Below, piece after piece: positions 25,587-34,649 of a stretch of 39,014 bases of DNA. The DNA comes from a virus (lineage: Duplodnaviria; Caudoviricetes), in the IMG/VR virus record IMGVR_UViG_3300024246_000003, positions 1 to 39,014 of that record; one strand, given 5' to 3'. The notes beneath the pieces are model-generated. The model made no database searches. It was not told the origin of the DNA and saw only the letters and a list, made by a program, of their open reading frames with translations. The first letter of the stretch is position 1, and every line of letters begins with the position of its first letter. The position numbers were made by a program, and so were the translations under genes.

Positions 25587-26825
25587 CTAGCTGCAAACTC
25601 GGCACGCCAACTCGGCGTACAGCGTTGTCCAGCCGTACAGAACGTCAATACGGGTCGGGAAACGGTCGGTGTTGATGTCGTAAGCCCTGACAAGGCGAAT
25701 AGAGAGTCCTACCTGTTTGTCAGAAACCCTTGCGGCCATGTCCACGCCACCCGGCAGCGGCAGGTCTGCGCATCCGAGAGCAAAAGCGTCCTTGTGGAAC
25801 GCCAAGCCTTGCGGGGAGGCAGTTGAAGCCGCGCCAAGCACGTTGATGGTTGCGCCGTTCGTGATGTTGGCAATCGGACCAGTCAGGCCGGTCACGTTCT
25901 GGAATGGCCCGCTGAACACAACAGCCGGAGATACGGGGATGTTCATTACGCCACCGCCCGAAGTCGTGGTATCTGCCGTGACTACGAATTGCCGTAGAGC
26001 GCCGGTAGATTGCTTTGACTGCGGATTGACGGCGAAAACGCCCGTTGCGCCGGAACCAATCGTAAACACGTTGCCCTTTTTGAGCACAGGCGTGGTCACG
26101 GTCCAGTTGCCGGTTATGAACACGGAAGCGGTTGAGCCTGCCAAGGTGAAAGTCGGCAGAAGCACGCCTAGCACGCTGGTCGAGTTAATGCCCACGTTCT
26201 GGTCCATGCTCCACTTGAAGCCAATCGAGCGCCCCATCGTGCCCTCTTCATACTGGCGGCCAATTTCAGTGCTTTCCTGAAACAAGCCCTTGAGGGTGTC
26301 GATGATGGTCGCTTGCATGGCTGGAGAAATGACCAGGCTGCGCAGGTTGTCACGCGGTGCCGCTTCCTCATCAAGCCTCTGGCCTGCCTGCAAATAGGTC
26401 AAAAGCGCGTTCGGGACGGTGCCGGGTGTGCCAATCGTGTTGTAGACGTTCAAATACTGCTGGAGGCCATCGAAGTCGATCTGGTTCGCTACGTTCGCAA
26501 TAGCCGGGCGAATGAAGCGCTCCTTGAAGTCGTCAATCGACAGCGCCAAGTCCTGTGACGTGAAAGCGATGTCCACGCCGCGCTGCGTATTGAGAACCAA
26601 GGGTACCTGGGTCTCTGTTGCGTCTTCGATGGAGAGGCCCTGACCAGTACGGCCAGAGTAACGGGCGGGTTTGCGAATGTTCAGGACTGTCCCTATTTTC
26701 GCGCCTGCCCTGCCAAATGAATCATCAAAATCACGGCGGACTTGCTTAGTAAAAACTAGGTTGTTCTCAAGAATCCGCAATGTCTCTCTGGTTATCTGGC
26801 TGATGGTTAAGAGCGTGTTGGCTAT
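25587..26825 (-). CDS. Major capsid protein, P22 coat family; probable ATA start at 26825
   Basis: ANTLLTISQITRETLRILENNL...KIGTVLNIRKP...LAFHKDAFAL...RIDVLYGW; AAGGAG upstream; in-frame TAA nine codons upstream. Confidence 0.93.
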   Translation of the reverse strand: MANTLLTISQITRETLRILENNLVFTKQVRRDFDDSFGRAGAKIGTVLNIRKPARYSGRTGQGLSIEDATETQVPLVLNTQRGVDIAFTSQDLALSIDDFKERFIRPAIANVANQIDFDGLQQYLNVYNTIGTPGTVPNALLTYLQAGQRLDEEAAPRDNLRSLVISPAMQATIIDTLKGLFQESTEIGRQYEEGTMGRSIGFKWSMDQNVGINSTSVLGVLLPTFTLAGSTASVFITGNWTVTTPVLKKGNVFTIGSGATGVFAVNPQSKQSTGALRQFVVTADTTTSGGGVMNIPVSPAVVFSGPFQNVTGLTGPIANITNGATINVLGAASTASPQGLAFHKDAFALGCADLPLPGGVDMAARVSDKQVGLSIRLVRAYDINTDRFPTRIDVLYGWTTLYAELACRVCS

Positions 26826-27364
26826 ATAACTACCACTCCTTTCATAGAGTTAGCCGCCACGACCTCTTCGCAGAGTTGCAAAAATGCTTGGTCAGACAAA
26901 TCTCGCTTCGCATAGTTAACGTCACGATGTACCCAGCGAAGGTTTTCAATCTTCCCTGAGCCACCGTTTACGATTGCGAGGATATGGTCAAGATGGGCGT
27001 TACTTCTGGTCAGACGCCGGAGACTTACGGCACACCTGCCACGCTGGAACCTCCAAAGACGCGCAATCTCAATCGTCGTAGCTACGGCGTCTTTATGCCT
27101 GAGCTTCAGATTGTTTGCGCGAATATAGAAGAACCGCCTGTAGGCGTAATCTTTGTGGGATTGTGTTGACCGTTCGGGGAAACGCTTGTGCCATTCACGT
27201 TGCTTGACCGCATTTCTTTCACGGTTAGCATCGTTGTAGACTTTGACGCATGCCTTGCAGCGAGCATGCCTGCCATCATTTCGGCTTTTATCTCTTGCGA
27301 AAAAGGTAGGGGGTTTAGGAGTTCTGCAAGTGCAACACGTCTTTGCAATCTGTGCCGCTAACAT
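26822..27364 (-). CDS. Free-standing HNH homing endonuclease
   Basis: KTCCTC...CKAC N-terminus; QRGRCAVS...HLDHILAIVNGG...NLRWVHRDVNYAK. Confidence 0.88.
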   Translation of the reverse strand: MLAAQIAKTCCTCRTPKPPTFFARDKSRNDGRHARCKACVKVYNDANRERNAVKQREWHKRFPERSTQSHKDYAYRRFFYIRANNLKLRHKDAVATTIEIARLWRFQRGRCAVSLRRLTRSNAHLDHILAIVNGGSGKIENLRWVHRDVNYAKRDLSDQAFLQLCEEVVAANSMKGVVVI

Positions 27365-27521
27365 GCAAATACTCCTTTCGAGTCAGATGGTTGCTGCTAT
27401 CCACCTTCCCCTAGTCGGAGTATTGTTCTGGCCGTCGCCCTTTTACGGGCCGCCCCGGGGTGTTGCTGGTGCTGCCTTGCTCATCCGGCAGCTGTTTTGG
27501 CCGATAGGCCCAAGCACTTCA

Positions 27522-27550
27522 CATATAAACCTGTTTTAGCTACTTGTCAA
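27522..27550 (-). promoter_or_regulatory. Putative promoter for HNH/coat transcript
   Basis: TTGACA-17 nt-TATATG overlapping the scaffold stop, followed by a structured leader of about 150 nt. Confidence 0.7.
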
Positions 27551-28476
27551 TAGCCACGTGCAGCTTTTTCCTCGATTGCACGCCTGCGTTTGTATTCCTG
27601 AAAATCTTCCGTCTCGGCGCTGCTCTTGATATTCCTCAAGGCATTACCGCCAAGTGGCTTAATAGGTGGAGGAGCCTTGCTGATAATAGGAGCACGATCA
27701 GGGCCAGCCTTTGAGCCATTTGTTGGCTGTTCTTCGGAGGCTGCCTTTTCGAGCCTCGCGGATATGCGTCCGATTTCAGCAACTGCCAACACCGGAGGTA
27801 ATCCATCAACCCGTTGCGCTTCCTTCGGGTTTTTTGCCAGATAATAGACTACTTCTGGCCCGTTTTCGAACTGCTTAATGGCATTCCCGACTACCGTGGG
27901 TATGGAAATCTCGCTTTCGCCTATAACTTCATCCCAATCTTCGTGTTCGGCCTTGAAAGCACTCACTTTCTCTGCATAGTTTAATTCTATCTCCCGCTCG
28001 GCTTCGGCAATGGCTTGACGTTCGGCTTTTTGCTCGTCTCGCGCTTCCTTCCAAGCGTCCCGCGCTTCAAGAAAGTCATCAAGGGAGGCTGCTTTGCCTG
28101 CCGAGAGCTGCTTTTCGCTCCAACTGTCGAAAGTGTCGAACTTGGCGGCAACTTCTGTCGGTACAACTGGCGCTTCTTTCTGTGGTTCTGGCTGTCCATT
28201 CTGTCTCTCTTCAATGGCCGCTAGGCGCTCTTCCAGCTCTTTCTTCTCGCGGTAGAGCTTGTCAAAGCGCTTGCTGAGGTTCTTGGGCGCGGGCTGCTCT
28301 TCGGCCTTCTTTTCAGGCTCAGGAGGTGTTTCCGGCTCGCCGCTCTCTACTTGCTGGTCGCCTGTTGGCGGAGGCTTCAGCTCTGGCTGCGCTTCGTCTT
28401 GCGGGACACCGCCAGCCGCTTGGTTTACTTCGTCTTGCGTATCGGTGGTGCTGGCTACGGTTACATCACTGCCCAT
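27547..28476 (-). CDS. Scaffolding protein
   Basis: GGAGG, ATG 28476; acidic coiled coil; ENGPEVVYYLAKNP...EIGRISARL...SKAPPPIKP. Confidence 0.88.
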   Translation of the reverse strand: MGSDVTVASTTDTQDEVNQAAGGVPQDEAQPELKPPPTGDQQVESGEPETPPEPEKKAEEQPAPKNLSKRFDKLYREKKELEERLAAIEERQNGQPEPQKEAPVVPTEVAAKFDTFDSWSEKQLSAGKAASLDDFLEARDAWKEARDEQKAERQAIAEAEREIELNYAEKVSAFKAEHEDWDEVIGESEISIPTVVGNAIKQFENGPEVVYYLAKNPKEAQRVDGLPPVLAVAEIGRISARLEKAASEEQPTNGSKAGPDRAPIISKAPPPIKPLGGNALRNIKSSAETEDFQEYKRRRAIEEKAARGY

Positions 28477-30673
28477 TCGTGCCTCCCGGTTGCGGCTTCG
28501 CTGCCTGCAATTCCTGTGCTTGGTCTGCCCCTTGTGCCTGCAAATCCTGTTCGTGGTCCTGCTGCGTGGCTTGCATGTCCTTTTCGTGCGCTTGCTGGTC
28601 GGCCTGCATCCCAGCATCGTGGGCCGATTCATGGATGCTCTTGTAAATCTCTGCCGTGGTCTTGGCTCGCACTAGGGCTTCCTGGCTCATGGTATTGATT
28701 TCCGCCACGGCTACCTTGCCCATGTTGTCCAGTTTCTTGAGTTCCAGCTGGACCTGCCCCTCAACCCACTTCGTCTTTAGCTTGTCCGTGGTGTCGTTCA
28801 GAGCTTTGGTCAAGAGTTCGTGCTGCTTCATAGCCTCTTGCAGCTGCCCTTGCAGCTTCTGGACCTTCATCTCCGGGTCTGTATCATCATCGTCCTGCAG
28901 CTGCGGTGGAAGTGTCTTTTTTAGCCGTTCACTGATTTGCTTTGCCATCGGCCAATCCATCTGGCCAGTCAGCAAGTCGCCACAGGTCTGCATAATCTGT
29001 GGATAAGCGGAAATCAGCGCCATAATCGAGGCTACCGCCTCTTGGCGCTTCGACTGATAGCTTGGCCCCACGCTCACCGTCACATCGTAAGTCCCTACGC
29101 TTAGGTCAAATACTTTCTGGAGCGCCGGGTCTTGCGTCTGGGCCATCCCTTGCGCTGCCTGTGCATGTTCCTGCCCGGAATGCACCACCACATGGTCAAC
29201 GCTTTGGTCGGGGCTGATAATCCGCTGGACTCGCGGTGCATCATAAATCTTGGGTATCAGGTCAATTAGGATGCGCCCGGTGTGGCGGATTGACCGGCTC
29301 AGGTTGTCCACGAAGTGCATGTTCGAGACATCGGCCTGTTTTTGGAGCAACGACACTGCTTTGCCGCTCTGGTCGCGCTTGTCCTGGCCTAGCGATGGGT
29401 CAAAGATGCCTGTGACTGCCTTCAGGTCATTGCTGGCATTCATAAGCATCTGATTCATGGCCTGGATAGGAGGCTCGAATTGCTGGCGTTGCGGAGGTGG
29501 GACGGCACTACCCGCCACTGCCGTGGGATTGTAGTGCAGGACGGTCAAGTTGCGCGTGTTGGCTTGCGCCCATTCGCCTACAAAGTCATCTGTCTGGCCG
29601 GCAGCGGCGATGTATGGTGCCCTTGGAGCCAAGGCAATCGTCTCCGTGGCCGATGAGTTCCAGTAGTTGTACATCCGCTGAGGGTCTTTGGCGTCTCTGA
29701 CAATTCCTGCAAGATGCCGCTCGCCGTCGTTGTCCAAATCGTCAGCCAGTACCGGGACTATGCCTATCCACATGCCCGGCCAGGTGGTCTCCTCGAGGAT
29801 TTCCACTGCGTTGATCTTGCTCTTTATTACCTTGCGGTCGAGCACCTTGCGCCGGGCAACCACCCGCTCTGTCTGTTGGTCAACTTCCTCGCTGAATTTC
29901 ACATCCCCGGTGGAAGTTTTGACCAATTCCCGCTGGGTCTGCTCAATGTGCCAGTACATCGCTACCCTGATAGTGTCTTTGTCGGCCCATTCAGGAGCTT
30001 GGTCACCAATTGACTGAAAATCGGTAAGTTTTGCCGCTTGGGACGCAGGATAGGCCAGTTTGTACTCTTCAATCGGCATATCCTCGACTTCAAAGGCCCA
30101 CATCGCGTCTTCGTAGCATGGCTCAACCGCTGAAGGGTCAAAATAGACTCTGAACGGGTTGCGAATGCGCCTAATCTTGATTTCTTGGTCAAAACTCTCT
30201 GGCAGGAAGTCCGTTTCCACGCCCCAGTAGCCAAACCCAATGGTTACAGCGCTTTCAAACGCCGTGTCGTACGCAATCTCGGCGTCAGATTGCACTTCAA
30301 TATGCCTGATTGCGCCTTGGAATATCTCTGCGGTGTCGGTATCTGCGCCACCGCCTACAGGGTTGACGTTGATCGACGGCCTTTGCTGCCTTTGCTCGTT
30401 CGTTACCTGCCGGATGATGGGTGGGAGCCGGTTAATCGTCAGGCACGGCCTGCCATCAAGTCCCCTTTGCGTCTGAATATCGTCTGGCCATTGGTTGCCG
30501 ATGCGGAAGTCTAGATCATCGAGGGCTGCTTGACGGGTCTTTTGCTCGGCTTCTGACGCCATCTTGAAGCGTTCAAGCGCCAGCCGCAGAAACCGCTCTA
30601 CCCGGATACGCTCTTCCTGCTCAGGCGACGGCCCGGTAGTAGCTACCACCATTGTATCGGCTGGACTAGCCAC
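28466..30673 (-). CDS. Portal protein, P22 type with C-terminal coiled-coil barrel
   Basis: GNQWP...GRPCLTINRL...GIVRDAKDPQRMYNYW...SGKA...GTYDVTVSVGPSYQSKRQE. Confidence 0.95.
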   Translation of the reverse strand: MASPADTMVVATTGPSPEQEERIRVERFLRLALERFKMASEAEQKTRQAALDDLDFRIGNQWPDDIQTQRGLDGRPCLTINRLPPIIRQVTNEQRQQRPSINVNPVGGGADTDTAEIFQGAIRHIEVQSDAEIAYDTAFESAVTIGFGYWGVETDFLPESFDQEIKIRRIRNPFRVYFDPSAVEPCYEDAMWAFEVEDMPIEEYKLAYPASQAAKLTDFQSIGDQAPEWADKDTIRVAMYWHIEQTQRELVKTSTGDVKFSEEVDQQTERVVARRKVLDRKVIKSKINAVEILEETTWPGMWIGIVPVLADDLDNDGERHLAGIVRDAKDPQRMYNYWNSSATETIALAPRAPYIAAAGQTDDFVGEWAQANTRNLTVLHYNPTAVAGSAVPPPQRQQFEPPIQAMNQMLMNASNDLKAVTGIFDPSLGQDKRDQSGKAVSLLQKQADVSNMHFVDNLSRSIRHTGRILIDLIPKIYDAPRVQRIISPDQSVDHVVVHSGQEHAQAAQGMAQTQDPALQKVFDLSVGTYDVTVSVGPSYQSKRQEAVASIMALISAYPQIMQTCGDLLTGQMDWPMAKQISERLKKTLPPQLQDDDDTDPEMKVQKLQGQLQEAMKQHELLTKALNDTTDKLKTKWVEGQVQLELKKLDNMGKVAVAEINTMSQEALVRAKTTAEIYKSIHESAHDAGMQADQQAHEKDMQATQQDHEQDLQAQGADQAQELQAAKPQPGGTNGQ

Positions 30674-30818
30674 GCTTGGCCTCTTTGCATTTATCGCAAT
30701 AGAAATAATTCTCGTTTAAATCAAAATCATATACCCAGCAAATGTGTTTGCCGCAAATGTCGCAAACCAAATCCTCTAATACCGATGATTCTAAATGGTC
30801 TTCTGCTGGACTAGCCAC
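30666..30818 (-). CDS. Zn-finger microprotein, 50 aa, beginning with the same MASPA as the portal
   Basis: VCDICGKHIC...YCDKCKE; flanked by 18-bp direct repeats. Confidence 0.75.
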   Translation of the reverse strand: MASPAEDHLESSVLEDLVCDICGKHICWVYDFDLNENYFYCDKCKEAKRG

Positions 30819-30948
30819 GCTTTGCCCTCACAGGAAGATTCTCCAGTCCACATCTAGTGCATCGTATCCAATTCCAGCCAAAAGGGATGCGTGCAAAATC
30901 ATGCAGGCCAACTAAACAGAGGCATCTCCTAAGCAGGATCTTAGCCAA
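30811..30948 (-). CDS. Cys/His microprotein, 45 aa
   Basis: AGGAG, TTG; LCLVGLHDF...RCTRCG. Confidence 0.65.
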   Translation of the reverse strand: MAKILLRRCLCLVGLHDFARIPFGWNWIRCTRCGLENLPVRAKRG

Positions 30949-31036
30949 GAATCGCTCCTATTATTTCCTCAATCTCGTCTCTTGCCATAAACACAATGAA
31001 CAGCGCTAATTCGGCGGAAATGAGTATAATTATCAT
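30941..31036 (-). CDS. Hydrophobic microprotein, 31 aa, ending in the same IGAILG as GroES
   Basis: ATGA overlap with GroES stop; 17-bp direct repeat. Confidence 0.6.
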   Translation of the reverse strand: MIIILISAELALFIVFMARDEIEEIIGAILG

Positions 31037-31377
31037 CCAAGAATCGCTCCTATATCCGCCGATTGGATGAGTATTTGCTGCCCCGCTTGCCAGTCAGGAT
31101 GAGTATTCCCAGCACCTGGAACGAGCACCACATCGCCAGGTTTGACAGCCGTCTTAGTAAATACGCCATCTTCCCACCTTCCTGGTCCTACAGCGATTAC
31201 CTTGCACTTGACGGCTACATCGCGGGCCACTTCGGGCACGATAATGCGCCCAATCGTCTCCGGTTGCGGCAGGCGCTCAACCAGCACTCTATCGTGCATT
31301 GGCTGGATAGGCTCGCCAGCCGTATCGGAGACGTTGAAACCGTGCTTCTTAAAGTCAAACTTCTGGGTAGCGCTCAT
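31033..31377 (-). CDS. groES: Co-chaperonin GroES/Cpn10-like protein
   Basis: IQPMHDRVLVER...GRIIVPE...KVIAVGPG...VKPGDVVL...DIGAIL. Confidence 0.88.
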   Translation of the reverse strand: MSATQKFDFKKHGFNVSDTAGEPIQPMHDRVLVERLPQPETIGRIIVPEVARDVAVKCKVIAVGPGRWEDGVFTKTAVKPGDVVLVPGAGNTHPDWQAGQQILIQSADIGAILG

Positions 31378-31549
31378 GCTCGATACCATCCACTTCTAAA
31401 CAATAAACACATAACCATTTGCCGCATTTAGGACAAACCGATAACTCCGATTTCTTACCCCTGCATCCTTGGCATCGCTTACGGCGCAAAGGTAATCCGA
31501 TAATCATAGATTGTGCCAATATCCCAGCTAACTGCCTTCGTGAGACCAT
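31355..31549 (-). CDS. Cys-rich hypothetical protein
   Basis: CQGC...CPKCGKWLCVYC. Confidence 0.55.
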   Translation of the reverse strand: MVSRRQLAGILAQSMIIGLPLRRKRCQGCRGKKSELSVCPKCGKWLCVYCLEVDGIEHERYPEV

Positions 31550-31719
31550 CAGTGATTCCACTTCCTAGCATTCATCGCAAACGTGGCTCGCTTTCTCACT
31601 GCCGGGCTGCTGCTGTTCTTAGCTTTGACCAGCGAGCTAAGCGGTATCTTGCCGCCTTGCTTTACGCCTAAGTTCTTATGCAGCAAGCCTTTATGCGATG
31701 GTTTGATCTTTATCGCCAC
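31549..31719 (-). CDS. Small basic protein
   Basis: GGAGG, GTG; IKPSHKGLLHKNLGVKQGGKIP...RKRATFAMNARKW. Confidence 0.75.
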   Translation of the reverse strand: MAIKIKPSHKGLLHKNLGVKQGGKIPLSSLVKAKNSSSPAVRKRATFAMNARKWNH

Positions 31720-31888
31720 GCGCACGCCTCCATTCTGGCCCATTCCAATAGTTGAGCGATTGCTGAATCTTCGGCCCTACCGTCCTAGCCCATTCCTCAA
31801 CGTCCAGAATCCTGCCGTCAGGCAGTTCCCATGCCTCGCCGTGGATAAGGTTGTTTTCATCCCTCAGCTGGACCGTCAAGAGCATCAC
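31691..31888 (-). CDS. Hypothetical protein
   Basis: Coupled ORF. Confidence 0.55.
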   Translation of the reverse strand: MMLLTVQLRDENNLIHGEAWELPDGRILDVEEWARTVGPKIQQSLNYWNGPEWRRARGDKDQTIA

Positions 31889-32061
31889 CGGCCTGCCAGT
31901 CCCGACAGCTTCATCTTGGCCGTGTGCTTCGCGGCCATTGCCCGGCCTTTGGCTGTCTCCTTATTGCCGCGCATCGCTCCGATGGCGTTCATCACCTTGT
32001 ACGGAACCTTGCTCTTGGCTCCGTACTGTTTCTTTAGCTTCGCTTCTAGGAATGCTGGCAT
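31885..32061 (-). CDS. Small basic protein, 58 aa (absent from ORF track)
   Basis: GGAGGG SD; MPAFLEAKLKKQYGAKSKVPYKVMNAIGAMRGNKETAKG... Confidence 0.8.
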   Translation of the reverse strand: MPAFLEAKLKKQYGAKSKVPYKVMNAIGAMRGNKETAKGRAMAAKHTAKMKLSGLAGR

Positions 32062-32195
32062 TTACCCTCCAAAGTGCTTCTATAACGCTTCCCATAGAAT
32101 CCATGTAGACGCCAGTGGGCAGCTGCATCTGTAAGATATGGCGCATGATACGGTGATGCTTGCAGTAGCATGGCGTTTCTGGGCATTGGATTACC

Positions 32196-32396
32196 TCATC
32201 CATCGATCCAGCCCACATCTTCCATCATATCCAAAAGGTTGTTCTGTGCGCCAATTAGCTCGTTACATGCCTCGCGCTTTTCCTTGGTCTTGGCATCACT
32301 GAATCGGATTATGTGATTTCCATTCATAGGCCATTTCACGTAAGGATAGTTCTCTTCCGGTGGCTCCCATTCTTGGTTATTCATCAGCTCATCCAA
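32196..32396 (-). CDS. Hypothetical protein
   Basis: GGAG SD; overlaps flanking ORFs. Confidence 0.55.
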   Translation of the reverse strand: MDELMNNQEWEPPEENYPYVKWPMNGNHIIRFSDAKTKEKREACNELIGAQNNLLDMMEDVGWIDG

Positions 32397-32821
32397 GTCT
32401 GTTGCTCCAAATAGGAAAGAATCGCTTGCTTGCGCTTTTCAAACCATCCCAATCTTATATTGCAGGATTCGCAAAGAACGCCACGATAGGCCTTGCGCGT
32501 TAAATGATCATGGTCAATATGCATCCGCTCTCGATGTAAACCGCAAATCCCGCATGGGCGCTTACGTAATTCACATACTTCAGCATAAGAAGACAATCCA
32601 TACAGCGATTTGGCCTTTGAATTCTTCTCTTGAAGTAAGGCTCTTTCTTTGTTTCTTTCCCGCCATGCATGATTAATGAGTTTATGGCTCTCTGGATGGC
32701 GCGACCTCCAGAGCCTCGCCTTTCTGCGGCTCTCCGCCCTGGCCTTTTCTGGGTTCTTTATGCGCCATTCCCGATTCCATTTGCGCATATACGCACTTCT
32801 CTCTTCCTTAGTCTTTGCCAT
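32384..32821 (-). CDS. Endonuclease VII-like homing endonuclease
   Basis: YGLS...CGICG...HIDHDHLT...RGVLCESCNIRLG. Confidence 0.88.
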   Translation of the reverse strand: MAKTKEERSAYMRKWNREWRIKNPEKARAESRRKARLWRSRHPESHKLINHAWRERNKERALLQEKNSKAKSLYGLSSYAEVCELRKRPCGICGLHRERMHIDHDHLTRKAYRGVLCESCNIRLGWFEKRKQAILSYLEQQTWMS

Positions 32822-34294
32822 CTAACCAAGCCACCTTTGATTGTCCTGCCCAGGATACCGGTACTCTGGCTTGGGCTTTGGCTTTGGAGCCGCCACCTTG
32901 ATGCTGAATGTCATAGCCAGCATGTCTGCGCAGTCCGGTGAATCGAGGCCCCGCTTCTTCATATCTTCTTTCTTTTCAAGCTGTATTTGCTGCTTGTTGC
33001 TAAAGCCATATTCCACCTGTTCTAATTGGGCAGCCAGCTCGGGGTCATTGGGGATTTCCGCTCCCGCTGCAAGCCATTCGCGCATAAGTCCCCAAACCTC
33101 AGCTCTTTTGTTGTAATAGGCGTTGCTGTCGTTTGCGGCTGCTCCGCCATGAAAGCCGAATAGCCTTTGTCCATAGCCACGATGTTTGATTTGGTCGAAT
33201 ACGCCAGTTCCAGTTCCGTCTTCATCCACCACAACGGCATCGACTTCCTCCTGTTCGCGCCAGTGAATCACTCGCTCAGCCACGAATACGTTGTCTTTCC
33301 CTCGCAACTTCTCTAGAATCACTGCTTTGCGTCCTTGTCGGTAGCCGATGACGGTTTGGTCGTCCCCGAATCGGGCCACGTCGCAGGAGAGCACTTTGGG
33401 CAATCCTTCAAATCCAACTGCGGTGTACTGCCGTGCAGCCGCGACGACATCGCTTGGAATGAACTGGGAGCTACCTGCCCGGGGAAACTCGCCCCGCACG
33501 CGCACACGCACAAAATCGCTATCTTCTCCATAGTCCGCTATCCATTTCTCAATCTGGGCCTTGTTGGTGCCCTCCACGTTGCGGGAATCAATTTGAAACG
33601 TTTTCCAGCGATGCTTGAAACGCCCAAAGCACTCACGAAACCTACCTGTATTCTGGGTGGGATTGCCAAACGCAAGCCAGATGATTTCGGTATTCTCATC
33701 AGTCAGCGCACCTTCCGCTACCTCCCAAATCCTGTCTGAAATGGCGCTCGCCTCGTCAAAGATGAGTACGATGCGCTTGCCTTTGTTGTGCAGGCCGGCA
33801 AAGGCTTCTGTGTTGTTCTCTGACCAGCTGATTCGATCACAGCGCCATACCCTCTGATGCTCTGGCTCCCGTACTGTTATCGACTCGCTGTTGACTTGAA
33901 ACCATTTGCTGTTCAAGCCAAGCCTGAACCACTTCGAAACCTCTGGCCAGGTTTTCGTGCGAAGTTGCGTATCCGTATTCGCGGTCAAGACGACCTTGCA
34001 ATCCTCGCAAGTGCTCATAGCCCAATGAATTACCATCCCCAGGAGAGCTGACTTCCCAATGCCATGACCACTGCTGACTGCTATCTGTAAAGGTGCAAAT
34101 CGAGTTGAGTTTGAGCGTAAATGCTCGGTAATCGCACTTAGAATTTCCGTCTGCCATGTCCTAAGCCCCTTGCTTTGCTGTAGTTCTGCCTCTCCCCACG
34201 GGTAACAGTACCTCACGAACTTGATGGGCTGGCGCGTGAAGCCCGCTATGTCCTCAATCAGCGCTAGCTCAGGATTCTCTATCGTCGCTGTCAT
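32822..34294 (-). CDS. terL: Terminase large subunit
   Basis: Walker A SGHGIGKS, Walker B LIFDEAS, coupling GNP, nuclease DVARFGDD and SPDCADMLA. Confidence 0.96.
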   Translation of the reverse strand: MTATIENPELALIEDIAGFTRQPIKFVRYCYPWGEAELQQSKGLRTWQTEILSAITEHLRSNSTRFAPLQIAVSSGHGIGKSALLGMVIHWAMSTCEDCKVVLTANTDTQLRTKTWPEVSKWFRLGLNSKWFQVNSESITVREPEHQRVWRCDRISWSENNTEAFAGLHNKGKRIVLIFDEASAISDRIWEVAEGALTDENTEIIWLAFGNPTQNTGRFRECFGRFKHRWKTFQIDSRNVEGTNKAQIEKWIADYGEDSDFVRVRVRGEFPRAGSSQFIPSDVVAAARQYTAVGFEGLPKVLSCDVARFGDDQTVIGYRQGRKAVILEKLRGKDNVFVAERVIHWREQEEVDAVVVDEDGTGTGVFDQIKHRGYGQRLFGFHGGAAANDSNAYYNKRAEVWGLMREWLAAGAEIPNDPELAAQLEQVEYGFSNKQQIQLEKKEDMKKRGLDSPDCADMLAMTFSIKVAAPKPKPKPEYRYPGQDNQRWLG

Positions 34295-34643
34295 CTACCA
34301 ACTGCCTGCGTCTGGCTACCGTCTCAGCCAAGGAAAGTGTAATCGTGCCGTCGAGCTGCACTTCTTGCGCTACCTTGCCTTCTGTTCGCTCGGCCATCTC
34401 CCGCAAAAGCAACACTTTGGCCATACCTCGGCTCTTCAACGTCTCAAGCAAGGATGCCTTTATCTCGTCTCTATTCTGTGAGTTAGCTAGAAGCTGCTCA
34501 TACATGCGAGTAATTTGAGGCTTTTTTGGTCTGCCGTGAGGATTGCCAGAACGCCCCTTTACGAAAGGACGGCCAATAATGCGTCTTTCTGTCGCTGATA
34601 GGGCGCTGTTATCGCTAATTTGAGCGCGAGAAACGGGGTCCAC
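34269..34643 (-). CDS. terS: Terminase small subunit (DUF5681-like)
   Basis: RPFVKGRSGNPHGRPKK...ERTEGKVAQEV; overlaps terL start. Confidence 0.85.
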   Translation of the reverse strand: MDPVSRAQISDNSALSATERRIIGRPFVKGRSGNPHGRPKKPQITRMYEQLLANSQNRDEIKASLLETLKSRGMAKVLLLREMAERTEGKVAQEVQLDGTITLSLAETVARRRQLVDDSDDRES

Positions 34644-34649
34644 AGCCCT

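Noticed and set aside
26822-27364. Group I intron in the coat gene as a firm call
   Set aside because: Boundaries fit U/G, but the interval is entirely HNH coding and I see no P3-P7 core; kept only as a testable alternative
24047-27520. Hammerhead or other self-cleaving ribozymes in the structured spacers
   Set aside because: Near matches (GGATGAG, GGACGAG) lack the CUGANGA/GAAA core arrangement
27547-28632. 361-aa scaffold start
   Set aside because: The extension is the alternative frame of the portal tail; GGAGG precedes ATG 28476
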